Source: Bacteroidales bacterium
GTDB taxonomy: Bacteria; Bacteroidota; Bacteroidia; Bacteroidales; UBA12077
DNA length: 64,000 bases
Assembly: GCA_003446015.1 (NCBI GenBank)
Contig: DMBU01000068.1
Location: 27,286-91,285 of the forward strand
Direction: 5' to 3'
The notes under the pieces were generated by a model, which did no database searches, was not told the DNA's origin, and saw nothing but the letters and a program-made list of their open reading frames with translations. Of the stretch, positions 16,302 to 24,979 are shown piece after piece. The position numbers and the translations under genes are program-made. Position 1 is the first letter of the stretch; each line of letters begins with the position of its first letter.

Positions 16302-18518
16302 ATGTCTTTCCCAAATTATAAACAACTCGATGCCATGGATTGCGGTCCAACCTGTTTAAGGATGATTGCAAAGCACTATGGCAAATCTTATTCATTACAA
16401 AACCTTCGTGATAAGAGCTACATTACCCGAGAGGGTGTTTCAATGCTTGGCATCAGTGATGCTGCTGAAGCAATTGGTTTTCGTAGTATGGGTGTTCGTA
16501 TTACGTTCGATCAACTCGTGAACGAAGCTCCACTGCCATGTGTGGCACATTGGAATCAAAATCATTTTGTTGTTGTATACAAGATTAAGAAAATCTCCCC
16601 AAACCCGTTTCGAAAAGGTGGAGTATTTGTTTATGTTTCTGACCCTGCTCGAGGGTTAATAAAATTTACTAAGGAAGAATTTGAAAATGCTTGGGCAAAT
16701 ACAAAAGAAGACGGAGAGGAAAAGGGCCTTTGCCTTTTACTTGAACCAACACCAGATTTTTACAAGGCCGATGACGAGAAGTTGAATAAATCCGGATTTA
16801 AGTTTTTGTTTTCTTATTTACGACCATATAAAAAGATTATAGTTCAATTATTCCTTGGACTGTTGTTAGGGAGTTTACTACAACTTATTTTTCCATTTTT
16901 AACACAGAGTATTGTCGATAAGGGTATTAATAATCAAAATCTCGATTTTGTTACATTAATCATCATAGCTCAATTAGTTTTAATATTTTCAAGAACTATA
17001 GTAGAATTCATTCGTAGTTGGATATTGTTGCACCTTGGAACAAGAATAAACATTTCTTTAATTTCTGATTTTTTAATCAAGTTAATGAAACTGCCGGTTT
17101 CATTTTTCGATACTAAAATGATTGGTGATATCATTCAGCGTATTGGCGATCATAAAAGAATAGAAAGCTTTTTAACTTCATCTACCTTAAATATTTTATT
17201 CTCCTTTATAAATCTTATCATCTTTGGTATTGTATTATTGTATTATAGTATAAACATTTTCTTAATATTTCTTGCAGGAAGTTTTCTCTATACTGCATGG
17301 GTTTACCTATTCATGAAAAAGCGACGCGATCTGGATAATCGTCGGTTTGCCCAAATGTCAAGTAATCAAAGCAATGTAATTCAGTTAATAACCGGAATGC
17401 AGGAAATTAAGCTGAATAATTGCGAAAAACAAAAGCGCTGGGAGTGGGAGAATATTCAGGCCCGATTATTTAAAGTGAATATGGCAAGTTTATCCTTAAG
17501 TCAGTATCAGCAGGCTGGAGGAGTTCTAATCAACGAAGTAAAAAATGTAGCTATAACTTTTATTGCTGCAAAATCAGTAATCGATGGCAATATGACATTG
17601 GGTATGATGTTGGCGGTTCAATATATTATTGGTCAGTTAAACAGCCCAATCAATCAAATGATTACTTTTTTACAATCAACACAGGATGCAAAAATAAGTT
17701 TGGAACGACTGGGTGAAATTCATCAAAAGGAAAATGAAGAATCTGATGAAGAACCAAAAATTGATATCTTACCTGAACATAGGGAGTTAAATCTTAATAA
17801 CATATTTTTTCAGTATGAAGGTCCTCACTCACCTTTTGTATTAGATGATGTAAATTTGAATATCCCCGAAAAGAAAATAACAGCCATTGTAGGGACCAGC
17901 GGAAGCGGAAAAACAACATTAATTAAGTTATTGTTAGGGTTTTATAATCCAACCAAAGGAAAAATAAATCTGGGCGATCTGTATTTGAATAATGTAAGTA
18001 ATAGAATGTGGCGCGATAAATGTGGAGTTGTAATGCAGGATGGATTTATATTTTCTGATTCAATTGCAAATAACATCTCGGTTATGGATGAATTTCCTGA
18101 CAGAGAAAGACTTTTACATGCTGTTAAAGTGGCCAATATTCAGGAATTTATTGAGTCATTGCCTTTAGGATACAATACTAAAATAGGACAAAATGGAGTA
18201 GGCTTGAGTCAGGGTCAAAAGCAGCGTATTTTAATAGCACGTGCCGTGTATAAAAATCCTGAGTTTATATTTCTTGATGAAGCTACCAATGCACTTGATG
18301 CCAACAATGAGAGGACCATCATGGAAAACCTTGATCAGTTTTTTAAAGGAAAAACAGTAGTTATTGTTGCACATCGATTAAGTACTGTTAAAAATGCCGA
18401 TCAGATTGTAGTATTGGAAAAAGGGAAAATTGTAGAATTAGGTACACATACTGAATTAGCTAAAAAGAAGGGAGTGTATTATGAGTTGGTTAAGAATCAG
18501 TTGGAGTTGGGTTCTTAA
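16302..18518 (+). CDS. Peptidase C39 domain-containing bacteriocin/peptide-cleavage-export ABC transporter
   Basis: N-terminal C39 with catalytic Cys (MDCGPTCLRM) and His (HWNQNHFVVV). 6-TM domain. Walker A GTSGSGKTT, signature LSQGQKQR, Walker B IFLDEAT. Confidence 0.9.
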   Translation: MSFPNYKQLDAMDCGPTCLRMIAKHYGKSYSLQNLRDKSYITREGVSMLGISDAAEAIGFRSMGVRITFDQLVNEAPLPCVAHWNQNHFVVVYKIKKISPNPFRKGGVFVYVSDPARGLIKFTKEEFENAWANTKEDGEEKGLCLLLEPTPDFYKADDEKLNKSGFKFLFSYLRPYKKIIVQLFLGLLLGSLLQLIFPFLTQSIVDKGINNQNLDFVTLIIIAQLVLIFSRTIVEFIRSWILLHLGTRINISLISDFLIKLMKLPVSFFDTKMIGDIIQRIGDHKRIESFLTSSTLNILFSFINLIIFGIVLLYYSINIFLIFLAGSFLYTAWVYLFMKKRRDLDNRRFAQMSSNQSNVIQLITGMQEIKLNNCEKQKRWEWENIQARLFKVNMASLSLSQYQQAGGVLINEVKNVAITFIAAKSVIDGNMTLGMMLAVQYIIGQLNSPINQMITFLQSTQDAKISLERLGEIHQKENEESDEEPKIDILPEHRELNLNNIFFQYEGPHSPFVLDDVNLNIPEKKITAIVGTSGSGKTTLIKLLLGFYNPTKGKINLGDLYLNNVSNRMWRDKCGVVMQDGFIFSDSIANNISVMDEFPDRERLLHAVKVANIQEFIESLPLGYNTKIGQNGVGLSQGQKQRILIARAVYKNPEFIFLDEATNALDANNERTIMENLDQFFKGKTVVIVAHRLSTVKNADQIVVLEKGKIVELGTHTELAKKKGVYYELVKNQLELGS

Positions 18519-18530
18519 TGGAAAAGTTTG

Positions 18531-18558
18531 CAGTTTGCAGTTTGCAGTCGGCAGTTTA
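18531..18558. repeat. Tandem heptamers CAGTTTG x2, CAGTCGG, CAGTTTA
   Basis: Read directly. About 6/7 complementary to the downstream CCAACTG units. Confidence 0.85.
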
Positions 18559-18609
18559 TACTAAATTTTAAATGATCGAATCAATAATATTAAAATTATT
18601 TACAGCATT

Positions 18610-18984
18610 ATGGGTGATTTCAGAGATTTAAAGGTTTATAAATTATCATATAAACTAGCAATGGAGATTTTTCATATAACTAAAAAATTTCCAAAAGAAG
18701 AAAGGTATTCCTTAACCGATCAGATTAGAAGGTCTTCACGTTCTGTAACTACAAACATCTCTGAATCATATCGGAAAAGAAGATATCCAAAACATTTTAT
18801 AAGTAAATTAAGTGATTCTGATGCTGAATTGGCTGAAACTCTTACTTGGTTAGACTTTTCGAAAGATTGTGAATACATTAATTATGAAGAACATACGTAT
18901 TTTATAAATGAGTATGAAGAGGTTGGAAAGATGTTAGGAAGTATGATAAATAAGCCAGAAAGATTTATAATAACAAATGGTTAA
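18610..18984 (+). CDS. Four-helix-bundle protein (23S rRNA intervening-sequence protein family)
   Basis: FRDLKVYKLSYKLAMEIFHITKKFPKEERYSLTDQIRRSSRSVTTNISE and the length are typical of this family. Confidence 0.8.
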   Translation: MGDFRDLKVYKLSYKLAMEIFHITKKFPKEERYSLTDQIRRSSRSVTTNISESYRKRRYPKHFISKLSDSDAELAETLTWLDFSKDCEYINYEEHTYFINEYEEVGKMLGSMINKPERFIITNG

Positions 18985-18987
18985 CAA

Positions 18988-19036
18988 CCAACTGCCAACT
19001 GCCAACTGCCAACTGCCAACTGCCAACTGTAAACTG
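18988..19036. repeat. Tandem heptamers CCAACTG x6 plus one degenerate unit (TAAACTG)
   Basis: Read directly. Translates as the artefactual QLPTANCQLPTANC at the 5' end of ORF 18977..20365. Confidence 0.9.
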
Positions 19037-19042
19037 AGCATT

Positions 19043-20365
19043 ATGAAAGAAAAACAAGAGTTCGAAAAAATAGAATTACGAAGCAACGAAGTACAAGAGA
19101 TCCTCACACGTCCTCCAAAATGGATTGTACGATGGGGAATAACAATGATCTTTGTGGTTATTATTGTTATTTTAACTGGTAGTTGGTTTTTTCAATACCC
19201 AGATATTGTTTCGGCTCAAATCGTTTTAACAACGGAGAACCCACCGGCTCCTGTTTTAGCAAAAACATCAGGGAAAATTCAAAAGCTACTTGTCTCAAAT
19301 GATGATGTAGTTGCTAAATATCAAGATTTAGGTGTTATCGAAAACCCTGGAAGTTTTGAATCAATTGTTAATCTATTAAAACAATTGGAATATTTTAAAG
19401 CAAATTTTAAACCAGGAGAGATTTTTAGTTTATCAAATCAATCTTATATTCTTGGTGATATCCAGTCAAGTTATGCCAGTTTTTATGCAAATGTTGAAGA
19501 GTACAACAAGTCGATCAAATTAAATTATCATAGACAAAAGCTGGATTTATATAAAAAGGAGCTAAAAAAATATGATAATTATTTAGCTAATATTATAACT
19601 CAAAACACAATTCTCCAGGAAGAACTTAATTTAACAAAGAAGCAGTATAACAGAGATTCTGTTTTATTTTCCAAAAATTTATTATCGGAATCTGATTTTG
19701 ACAAATCGAAGTCAGCTTTACTTTCTAAATTTTATAATTACGAGCAAAATAATGTAACTATTTCAAATGTTGAAATTCAGATTGAAAGTTTAAATCAAAG
19801 CATTCTCGAACTTGAGTTACAGCAAGAAAAACAAATTTCTGATCAAACTTCGCTTATTTGGGAATCGTACGAGAATCTCTTAGCAGCAATTAATTCATGG
19901 AAACACAACTATGTTTTAATTGCCCCAACTGATGGAATAGTAGGTTTTAATAAATTTTGGAATGAAAACCAATCGGTTAAAGCCGGGGAAACTGTAATGA
20001 CAATTATTCCAAGAGATGAGGGGAAATTAATAGGGAAAGTACAGTTAACCTTTCAAGGTGCGGGTAAAGTTAAAGAAGGTCAGAAGGTAAATATACAGTT
20101 TTCAAATTATCCATATATGGAATTTGGAATGGTTAGAGGTATCGTGAAATCTATTTCTCTTGCTCCCGATAATAATTATTATACTGCTGAAATTCAATTA
20201 CCCAATGGCTTAAAGACCTTTTACGGGATTGATCTGAATTTTAAACAAGAGATGCAAGGTACGGCCGAAATTATTACTGAAGATATGCGCTTATTGGAAA
20301 GAATCGTGAGGCCCCTCCAATTTATTTTAAATAAAAATACTAAGTTTGGGGATCACAACAATTAA
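19043..20365 (+). CDS. HlyD-family membrane fusion/secretion protein (partner of the C39-ABC exporter)
   Basis: Start moved to MKEKQEF, downstream of the repeat array. N-terminal TM, long coiled-coil region and a C-terminal beta-barrel-like region. Confidence 0.8.
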   Translation: MKEKQEFEKIELRSNEVQEILTRPPKWIVRWGITMIFVVIIVILTGSWFFQYPDIVSAQIVLTTENPPAPVLAKTSGKIQKLLVSNDDVVAKYQDLGVIENPGSFESIVNLLKQLEYFKANFKPGEIFSLSNQSYILGDIQSSYASFYANVEEYNKSIKLNYHRQKLDLYKKELKKYDNYLANIITQNTILQEELNLTKKQYNRDSVLFSKNLLSESDFDKSKSALLSKFYNYEQNNVTISNVEIQIESLNQSILELELQQEKQISDQTSLIWESYENLLAAINSWKHNYVLIAPTDGIVGFNKFWNENQSVKAGETVMTIIPRDEGKLIGKVQLTFQGAGKVKEGQKVNIQFSNYPYMEFGMVRGIVKSISLAPDNNYYTAEIQLPNGLKTFYGIDLNFKQEMQGTAEIITEDMRLLERIVRPLQFILNKNTKFGDHNN

Positions 20366-20370
20366 TAGCT

Positions 20371-21096
20371 ATGTTAAAACACCCGTATAGTATTTTTAGT
20401 TTCACAGTAAAATCATATCATTCAGATCAAAATGGCAAATTAACCTTGCCGGCATTTTTTCACTTTTTGCAGGAATGCGCCTGGGATAATGCCAGACTAA
20501 ATGATTTTGGTTATGAATATCTATTGAAGGAAAATGCATTCTGGGTCTTGTCACGTGTACTGGTTCAAATAGATAAATACCCTGAGTGGAAAGATGAAAT
20601 TGAAATTAAAACCTGGCCAAAAGGTACCGATGGTTTTTTTGCACTTCGTGATTTTGAAATTTATTTAAAGGGAGAAATTATAGGCAGAGCTTCTAGTTCA
20701 TGGTTAATTCTCGATTTTGATACCAGGCGTCCGCGAAAACTTGAGAATTTTAACTTTATCCACGAAAATTTTATTCACGAAGGGGCCATTGATCGAAAAC
20801 TTGAAAAAATCGTATTCAAAGGCGAGTTGAACAAACTGGAAAGGAGAAAAGTGTATCAGAGTGATTTAGATGTAAATAAACATGTGAATAATGCAACCTA
20901 TGTTCGATGGATTATGGATTCTTACTTTTCTGATAGTAATCGTGAGCCGGTTTTTGAATTTGAGATTAATTTTATTTCAGAACTGTCTTTAAATGATGAA
21001 TTTACAATACATAATCTTGATTTCAATCAAGGAAATTATTTTGTTCTTAAAAATCTAAGCGATAAAGAGGTTTGCAGGGCCAGTATTAGATCATAA
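20371..21096 (+). CDS. Acyl-ACP thioesterase family protein
   Basis: Double hot-dog layout. N-terminal block (SYHSDQNGKLTLPAFFHFLQECAWDNA) and DVNKHVNN motif. Lies 5 nt after the HlyD stop. Confidence 0.75.
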   Translation: MLKHPYSIFSFTVKSYHSDQNGKLTLPAFFHFLQECAWDNARLNDFGYEYLLKENAFWVLSRVLVQIDKYPEWKDEIEIKTWPKGTDGFFALRDFEIYLKGEIIGRASSSWLILDFDTRRPRKLENFNFIHENFIHEGAIDRKLEKIVFKGELNKLERRKVYQSDLDVNKHVNNATYVRWIMDSYFSDSNREPVFEFEINFISELSLNDEFTIHNLDFNQGNYFVLKNLSDKEVCRASIRS

Positions 21097-21132
21097 AAAA
21101 ATCCGAGAGATTAGCCCGGATTCTTTTGTCAT

Positions 21133-21513
21133 TTAAAATGGTAAATCATCAGATTCATTTTCAGGAGGTAAATCGTCCAGAGATGGAGGAGGAGAATTAC
21201 TGAAATCATTTGAATTTTGATTTTGAACCTTTTCAATTTTCCATGCATCCAGATTTGTAAAATAGCTTACTTTACCATCACGTTCCCATTTATTTCCGCG
21301 AATATTGAAGCTTACTTTTACTTCATCGTTAAACTCGATATTATCCATCAAATTGCATTTGTCCTGAGTGAGTTGAAATTTAATGTGATCCGTAAATTCC
21401 ATTCCCCCGTTTGATTCCGTTCTTTCAACAACAAACTCACGTTTTTTAAAACGATCATTCACCTGAATCGTATTATATTTTTCAATTATTTTTCCTGTGA
21501 TTTCGAAACTCAT
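21133..21513 (-). CDS. DUF3127-like OB-fold protein with acidic C-terminal tip
   Basis: MSFEITGKIIEKY...KKREFVVE N-terminus. The C-terminus ends in ESDDLPF. Confidence 0.6.
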   Translation of the reverse strand: MSFEITGKIIEKYNTIQVNDRFKKREFVVERTESNGGMEFTDHIKFQLTQDKCNLMDNIEFNDEVKVSFNIRGNKWERDGKVSYFTNLDAWKIEKVQNQNSNDFSNSPPPSLDDLPPENESDDLPF

Positions 21514-21521
21514 GGCAGATT

Positions 21522-21959
21522 TTATTCTTCGTTTATGATAATTTTCTCAATAACATCACCTTGTCGGATAGTATCAATTATTTCTACTCCTTCGTAGACT
21601 TTACCAAAAACAGTATGATTACGATCCAGATGTTGGGTATTTTCACGGCTATGACAAATAAAGAATTGAGATCCCCCGGTATTTCTTCCTGCATGTGCCA
21701 TTGAAAGAACACCTCTGTCGTGATACTGATTATCACCATCTAATTCGCAATTAATTGAATATCCGGGTCCGCCCATTCCTGTACCATCGGGACACCCTCC
21801 CTGAATTACAAAGTTTGGAATAACTCTGTGAAAAGTTAATCCATCGTAAAATCCCTCTTTTGATAATTTTATAAAATTTTCAACAGTACCTGGAGCATCC
21901 TTTTCAAAGAACTTTACCTTCATGGTACCCTTTTCTGTTATTATTTCAGCTGTTTTCAT
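21522..21959 (-). CDS. Cyclophilin-type peptidyl-prolyl cis-trans isomerase
   Basis: [13 protein letters not shown] ... GGSQFFI motifs. Confidence 0.9.
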   Translation of the reverse strand: MKTAEIITEKGTMKVKFFEKDAPGTVENFIKLSKEGFYDGLTFHRVIPNFVIQGGCPDGTGMGGPGYSINCELDGDNQYHDRGVLSMAHAGRNTGGSQFFICHSRENTQHLDRNHTVFGKVYEGVEIIDTIRQGDVIEKIIINEE

Positions 21960-22025
21960 ATTGTATTGAGATAAAAAAACAAGCGTTTTATTTCACACGC
22001 TTGTTTTTATATTTAATAATGTCTT

Positions 22026-22742
22026 TTAATTTGTTTTTTTTGCTGGAGCTTCGGGAGCTTTTACTTCAAGAAGTTCAACTTCAAAAATTAAAGCCATATT
22101 AACTTCTATTTTACCACCTGGACGAACTCTTTGTCCATAACCTAATTCGGTAGGAATATAAAATTTGTATTTTGCACCTTCTTTCATTAATTGAATACCC
22201 TCGGTCCAGCCTGGAATAACTCTGTTTAAAGCAAATTCAGCAGGTTTTTCTTTTCCGATTGAACTATCAAATTCAGTACCATCAATAAGTGTTCCTCTAT
22301 AATTACACACAACAATATCAGTATCACTTGGAGATTTTCCTGTACCTTCTGTTATGATTTCGTATTGTAAACCGCTTTCAGTTGTAATTATGCCTTCTTT
22401 TTTCTTATTTTCTTCCAAAAATGCACGTCCTTCTTCAAGATTTTTGTTAGCCTTAGCATCCCTTAATTCAGTAAAATATTTTTGTAAAAAAGGTTTAATT
22501 TCTTCTTCTTTAATTTTCAGGTCTTTTTCTTCGTAAGCATCTATAACACCTTTAAGAAAAACATCATAATTTACTTCTTCCAATGAAGCACCTTTAATGC
22601 TTTTCCCAATGTCAGTTCCAATAGCATAACTAACTGAATCTAAGTCATTAGTTAATTTTGCATCACCTTTCATTGTCTGACCACATGATGAAAAAATAAT
22701 TGAGGCACCAATAGTCATGAGTAATAAGTTTTTAATTTTCAT
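22026..22742 (-). CDS. FKBP-type peptidyl-prolyl isomerase lipoprotein (FkpA/Mip-like)
   Basis: Start at MKIKNLLLMTIGASIIFSSC (lipobox). C-terminal FKBP domain (YRGTLIDGTEFDSS...GWTEG). Confidence 0.85.
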   Translation of the reverse strand: MKIKNLLLMTIGASIIFSSCGQTMKGDAKLTNDLDSVSYAIGTDIGKSIKGASLEEVNYDVFLKGVIDAYEEKDLKIKEEEIKPFLQKYFTELRDAKANKNLEEGRAFLEENKKKEGIITTESGLQYEIITEGTGKSPSDTDIVVCNYRGTLIDGTEFDSSIGKEKPAEFALNRVIPGWTEGIQLMKEGAKYKFYIPTELGYGQRVRPGGKIEVNMALIFEVELLEVKAPEAPAKKTN

Positions 22743-22835
22743 AATATTAATTTTTGAGTTTACTTTAATTTTTATATGAAGTGCAAAGTTGCTGAATTTA
22801 TTTGTAAAAGGCAAAAAGTATTATTTTAAAAAAAG

Positions 22836-23492
22836 TTAAATCTTTTCAGCTCTAAGAATATGTCTCTTTCCGGTTGGTCCTTTTAATCTTGTTACTTTAA
22901 AACCCGCTTTTCGTAAATTAATTTTCACACTACCTTTGCTGCTATAGGTAGTCAATAATCCTTCGTTATTTAACGATTCATAGATTTTGATAAAGTTTTC
23001 GGGTTCCCACATTTCTGGTTGTTTATCTGGGGCAAATGCATCAAAATAAATTAAATCATATTTTTCCTGAAATTCATAGTGAATAAAATCTGAGTTTATC
23101 TTTTGTAGAGTGAAATTATCAGAGATCTTTACTTTTTTATTCCATTTACAAGTTTGGATCTTTTTGCAAACTGATTTTTGATCAACAGTTAAAAAATCCA
23201 TATAGTTTAAATGATTAATAATTTCTAATTCAACCGGGTATAATTCAATTGCAGTATATTCAACCGTCAGGGGCCTTTTTAAACTTTCAGCACAAGTTAA
23301 GATAGCATTTAATCCGGTACCAAAACCAACCTCAAAAACCTTAATTGAATTTAATCGGCTATGGTTTAACCCGGCTTCAATATAAACACAATTAGACTCT
23401 TCTATTGCGCCAAATGTTGAGTGATAGTGTTCGTTAAATCTACTCGAATAAAGAGTATTAGAGCCATCATTGGTTGTTTTAATATTTATCAT
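22836..23492 (-). CDS. tRNA 5-methylaminomethyl-2-thiouridine methyltransferase (MnmD / MnmC methyltransferase-domain type)
   Basis: EVGFGTGLN SAM motif and FDAFAPDKQPEMW motif. Confidence 0.75.
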   Translation of the reverse strand: MINIKTTNDGSNTLYSSRFNEHYHSTFGAIEESNCVYIEAGLNHSRLNSIKVFEVGFGTGLNAILTCAESLKRPLTVEYTAIELYPVELEIINHLNYMDFLTVDQKSVCKKIQTCKWNKKVKISDNFTLQKINSDFIHYEFQEKYDLIYFDAFAPDKQPEMWEPENFIKIYESLNNEGLLTTYSSKGSVKINLRKAGFKVTRLKGPTGKRHILRAEKI

Positions 23493-23731
23493 CGAATAAA
23501 TTTAAATGTTGGAAGTAATTGCGCAACGATTTTTACTCAACAAGGTTTCATGAAATTATAATTTAGAATCGTTCGAAATAACTATGATCTTATTGATTAT
23601 CAATAATTCATTAATCAACAATAACGCATGTCGGGTTTGTAAAACATGTCTAAATATTAACATATGTTTGAAGTTTCATGTAAAATGATTTAATTTAGGG
23701 CAACTCTATTTATTAACTAAATCTATTAATT

Positions 23732-24931
23732 ATGAAGATTAGAAATTTTTTATCTATTGCTGCAATAGGTATGTTATTGTTTACAGCATGTAATAAAGAA
23801 GAAACTCCAAATTTAGTTTCAAACGAAGATGAAAATTTAGTAAGCCTTGATCCTCAAAGCGGAGAAGTAATTGAGGGACAATATGTGGTAGTATTAAACG
23901 AAAATTCTGCTAAAATTGCAACAGAGGGTAACTATGAAGAGCAGGTTGAACAAATGAAATCATTTGCAAAATCGTTATTCCGTGAAAAAAGTGCTGGTGA
24001 TGTTGAAATTGACAAAGCTTATGTAAAAGCCTTAAAAGGGTTTAGTGTAAAAATGACTGAAGAGGTTGCTGTTGAAATTGAAAATGATTCAAGGGTTAAG
24101 TACATTTTACCTGACAGATTATATGTAATGGCGAAACCTGTAAAACCAACTCCTGATCCAGATCCAACAGGACAAGAAGTTCCTTATGGAATAGCAAGAG
24201 TTGGTTATGGAAGTGGTGTTGGTAAAACTGCATGGATAATTGATACAGGAATTGATTTAGATCATCCTGATTTAAATGTTGACCAAACAAGAGGTAGAAA
24301 TTTTATAAGTACATCAAAAACACCAGATGATGATAATGGTCATGGTTCACATTGTGCTGGAACTGTTGCTGCAATTGACAACAGTATTGGAGTAGTTGGA
24401 GTTGCTGCAGGTGCTACAGTAGTTCCTATTAAAGTGCTTGACCGAAGAGGTAGTGGAGCATATTCAGTAATTATTGCTGGAATAGACTATGTAGCTAATG
24501 TTGCAGCTGCTGGTGATGCTGCTAATATGAGCCTTGGTGGTGGTGCATATCAGGCAATTGATGATGCTGTTTATGCTGCATCTCAAAAAGGGATTAATTT
24601 TTCATTAGCTGCTGGTAACGAAAGTGACGATGCAAATAATCATTCTCCTGCAAGAGTTAACGGACCACATATCTGGACAATTTCAGCTATGGATATTAAT
24701 GACAACTGGGCATATTTCTCAAATTATGGCAATCCTCCAGTTGATTATTGCGAACCTGGTTATAATGTTTACTCAACTTATAAAGGTGGTGGATATACTA
24801 CAATGAGTGGAACTTCTATGGCAGCTCCTCACATGTGTGGAATTTTACTAATGACAAATGGAAATCCAAGAACAGATGGTTATGTTAAAGGAGATCCTGA
24901 CGGAAATGCTGATCCTATTGGAACTATATAA
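23732..24931 (+). CDS. S8 (subtilisin) family serine peptidase lipoprotein with I9-like propeptide
   Basis: Lipobox LLFTAC. Catalytic triad contexts IIDTGID, HGSHCAGT and SGTSMAAPH. Confidence 0.9.
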   Translation: MKIRNFLSIAAIGMLLFTACNKEETPNLVSNEDENLVSLDPQSGEVIEGQYVVVLNENSAKIATEGNYEEQVEQMKSFAKSLFREKSAGDVEIDKAYVKALKGFSVKMTEEVAVEIENDSRVKYILPDRLYVMAKPVKPTPDPDPTGQEVPYGIARVGYGSGVGKTAWIIDTGIDLDHPDLNVDQTRGRNFISTSKTPDDDNGHGSHCAGTVAAIDNSIGVVGVAAGATVVPIKVLDRRGSGAYSVIIAGIDYVANVAAAGDAANMSLGGGAYQAIDDAVYAASQKGINFSLAAGNESDDANNHSPARVNGPHIWTISAMDINDNWAYFSNYGNPPVDYCEPGYNVYSTYKGGGYTTMSGTSMAAPHMCGILLMTNGNPRTDGYVKGDPDGNADPIGTI

Positions 24932-24952
24932 GATTTTTAATATGTAATTCTT

Positions 24953-24979
24953 AAAGACCGCATTTTATGCGGTCTTTTT
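24953..24979. terminator. Bidirectional hairpin terminator (overlaps the 3' end of the minus-strand CDS)
   Basis: AAAGACCGCA / TGCGGTCTTT stem with a 5-nt loop. Confidence 0.7.

Larger units (their letters stand above)
18526..19036 (+). mobile_element. Putative inserted cassette: four-helix-bundle gene bracketed by inverted heptamer arrays
   Basis: The arrays start 8 nt after the ABC stop and end 6 nt before the HlyD ATG. The two arrays are reverse-complementary (CAGTTTG-type vs CCAACTG). Confidence 0.4.

Noticed and set aside
18526-19036. Possible CRISPR array or minisatellite
   Set aside because: The repeat unit is only 7 nt and has no spacers. The two arrays are inverted relative to each other around a gene. 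No cas genes are present in the window.
18977-19042. ORF-track start of the HlyD gene (MVNNQLPTANCQLPTANCKLSI...)
   Set aside because: This segment is a translation of the CCAACTG heptamer array and overlaps the stop of the four-helix-bundle gene. The ATG at 19043 (MKEKQEF) follows the array and gives a normal HlyD N-terminus.
2871-20365. Treating the whole accessory region as a mobile genomic island
   Set aside because: No integrase, transposase, tRNA attachment site or flanking direct repeats were seen. The tmRNA gene is about 13 kb away and is not adjacent.
22743-22814. Longest-ORF starts for several genes (22814, 28549, 33609, 54472, 55577, 59548, 15488)
   Set aside because: Internal methionines give canonical signal peptides, lipoboxes or family N-termini (22742, 28615, 33579, 54499, 55646, 59584, 15524). 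The upstream extensions add atypical sequence.
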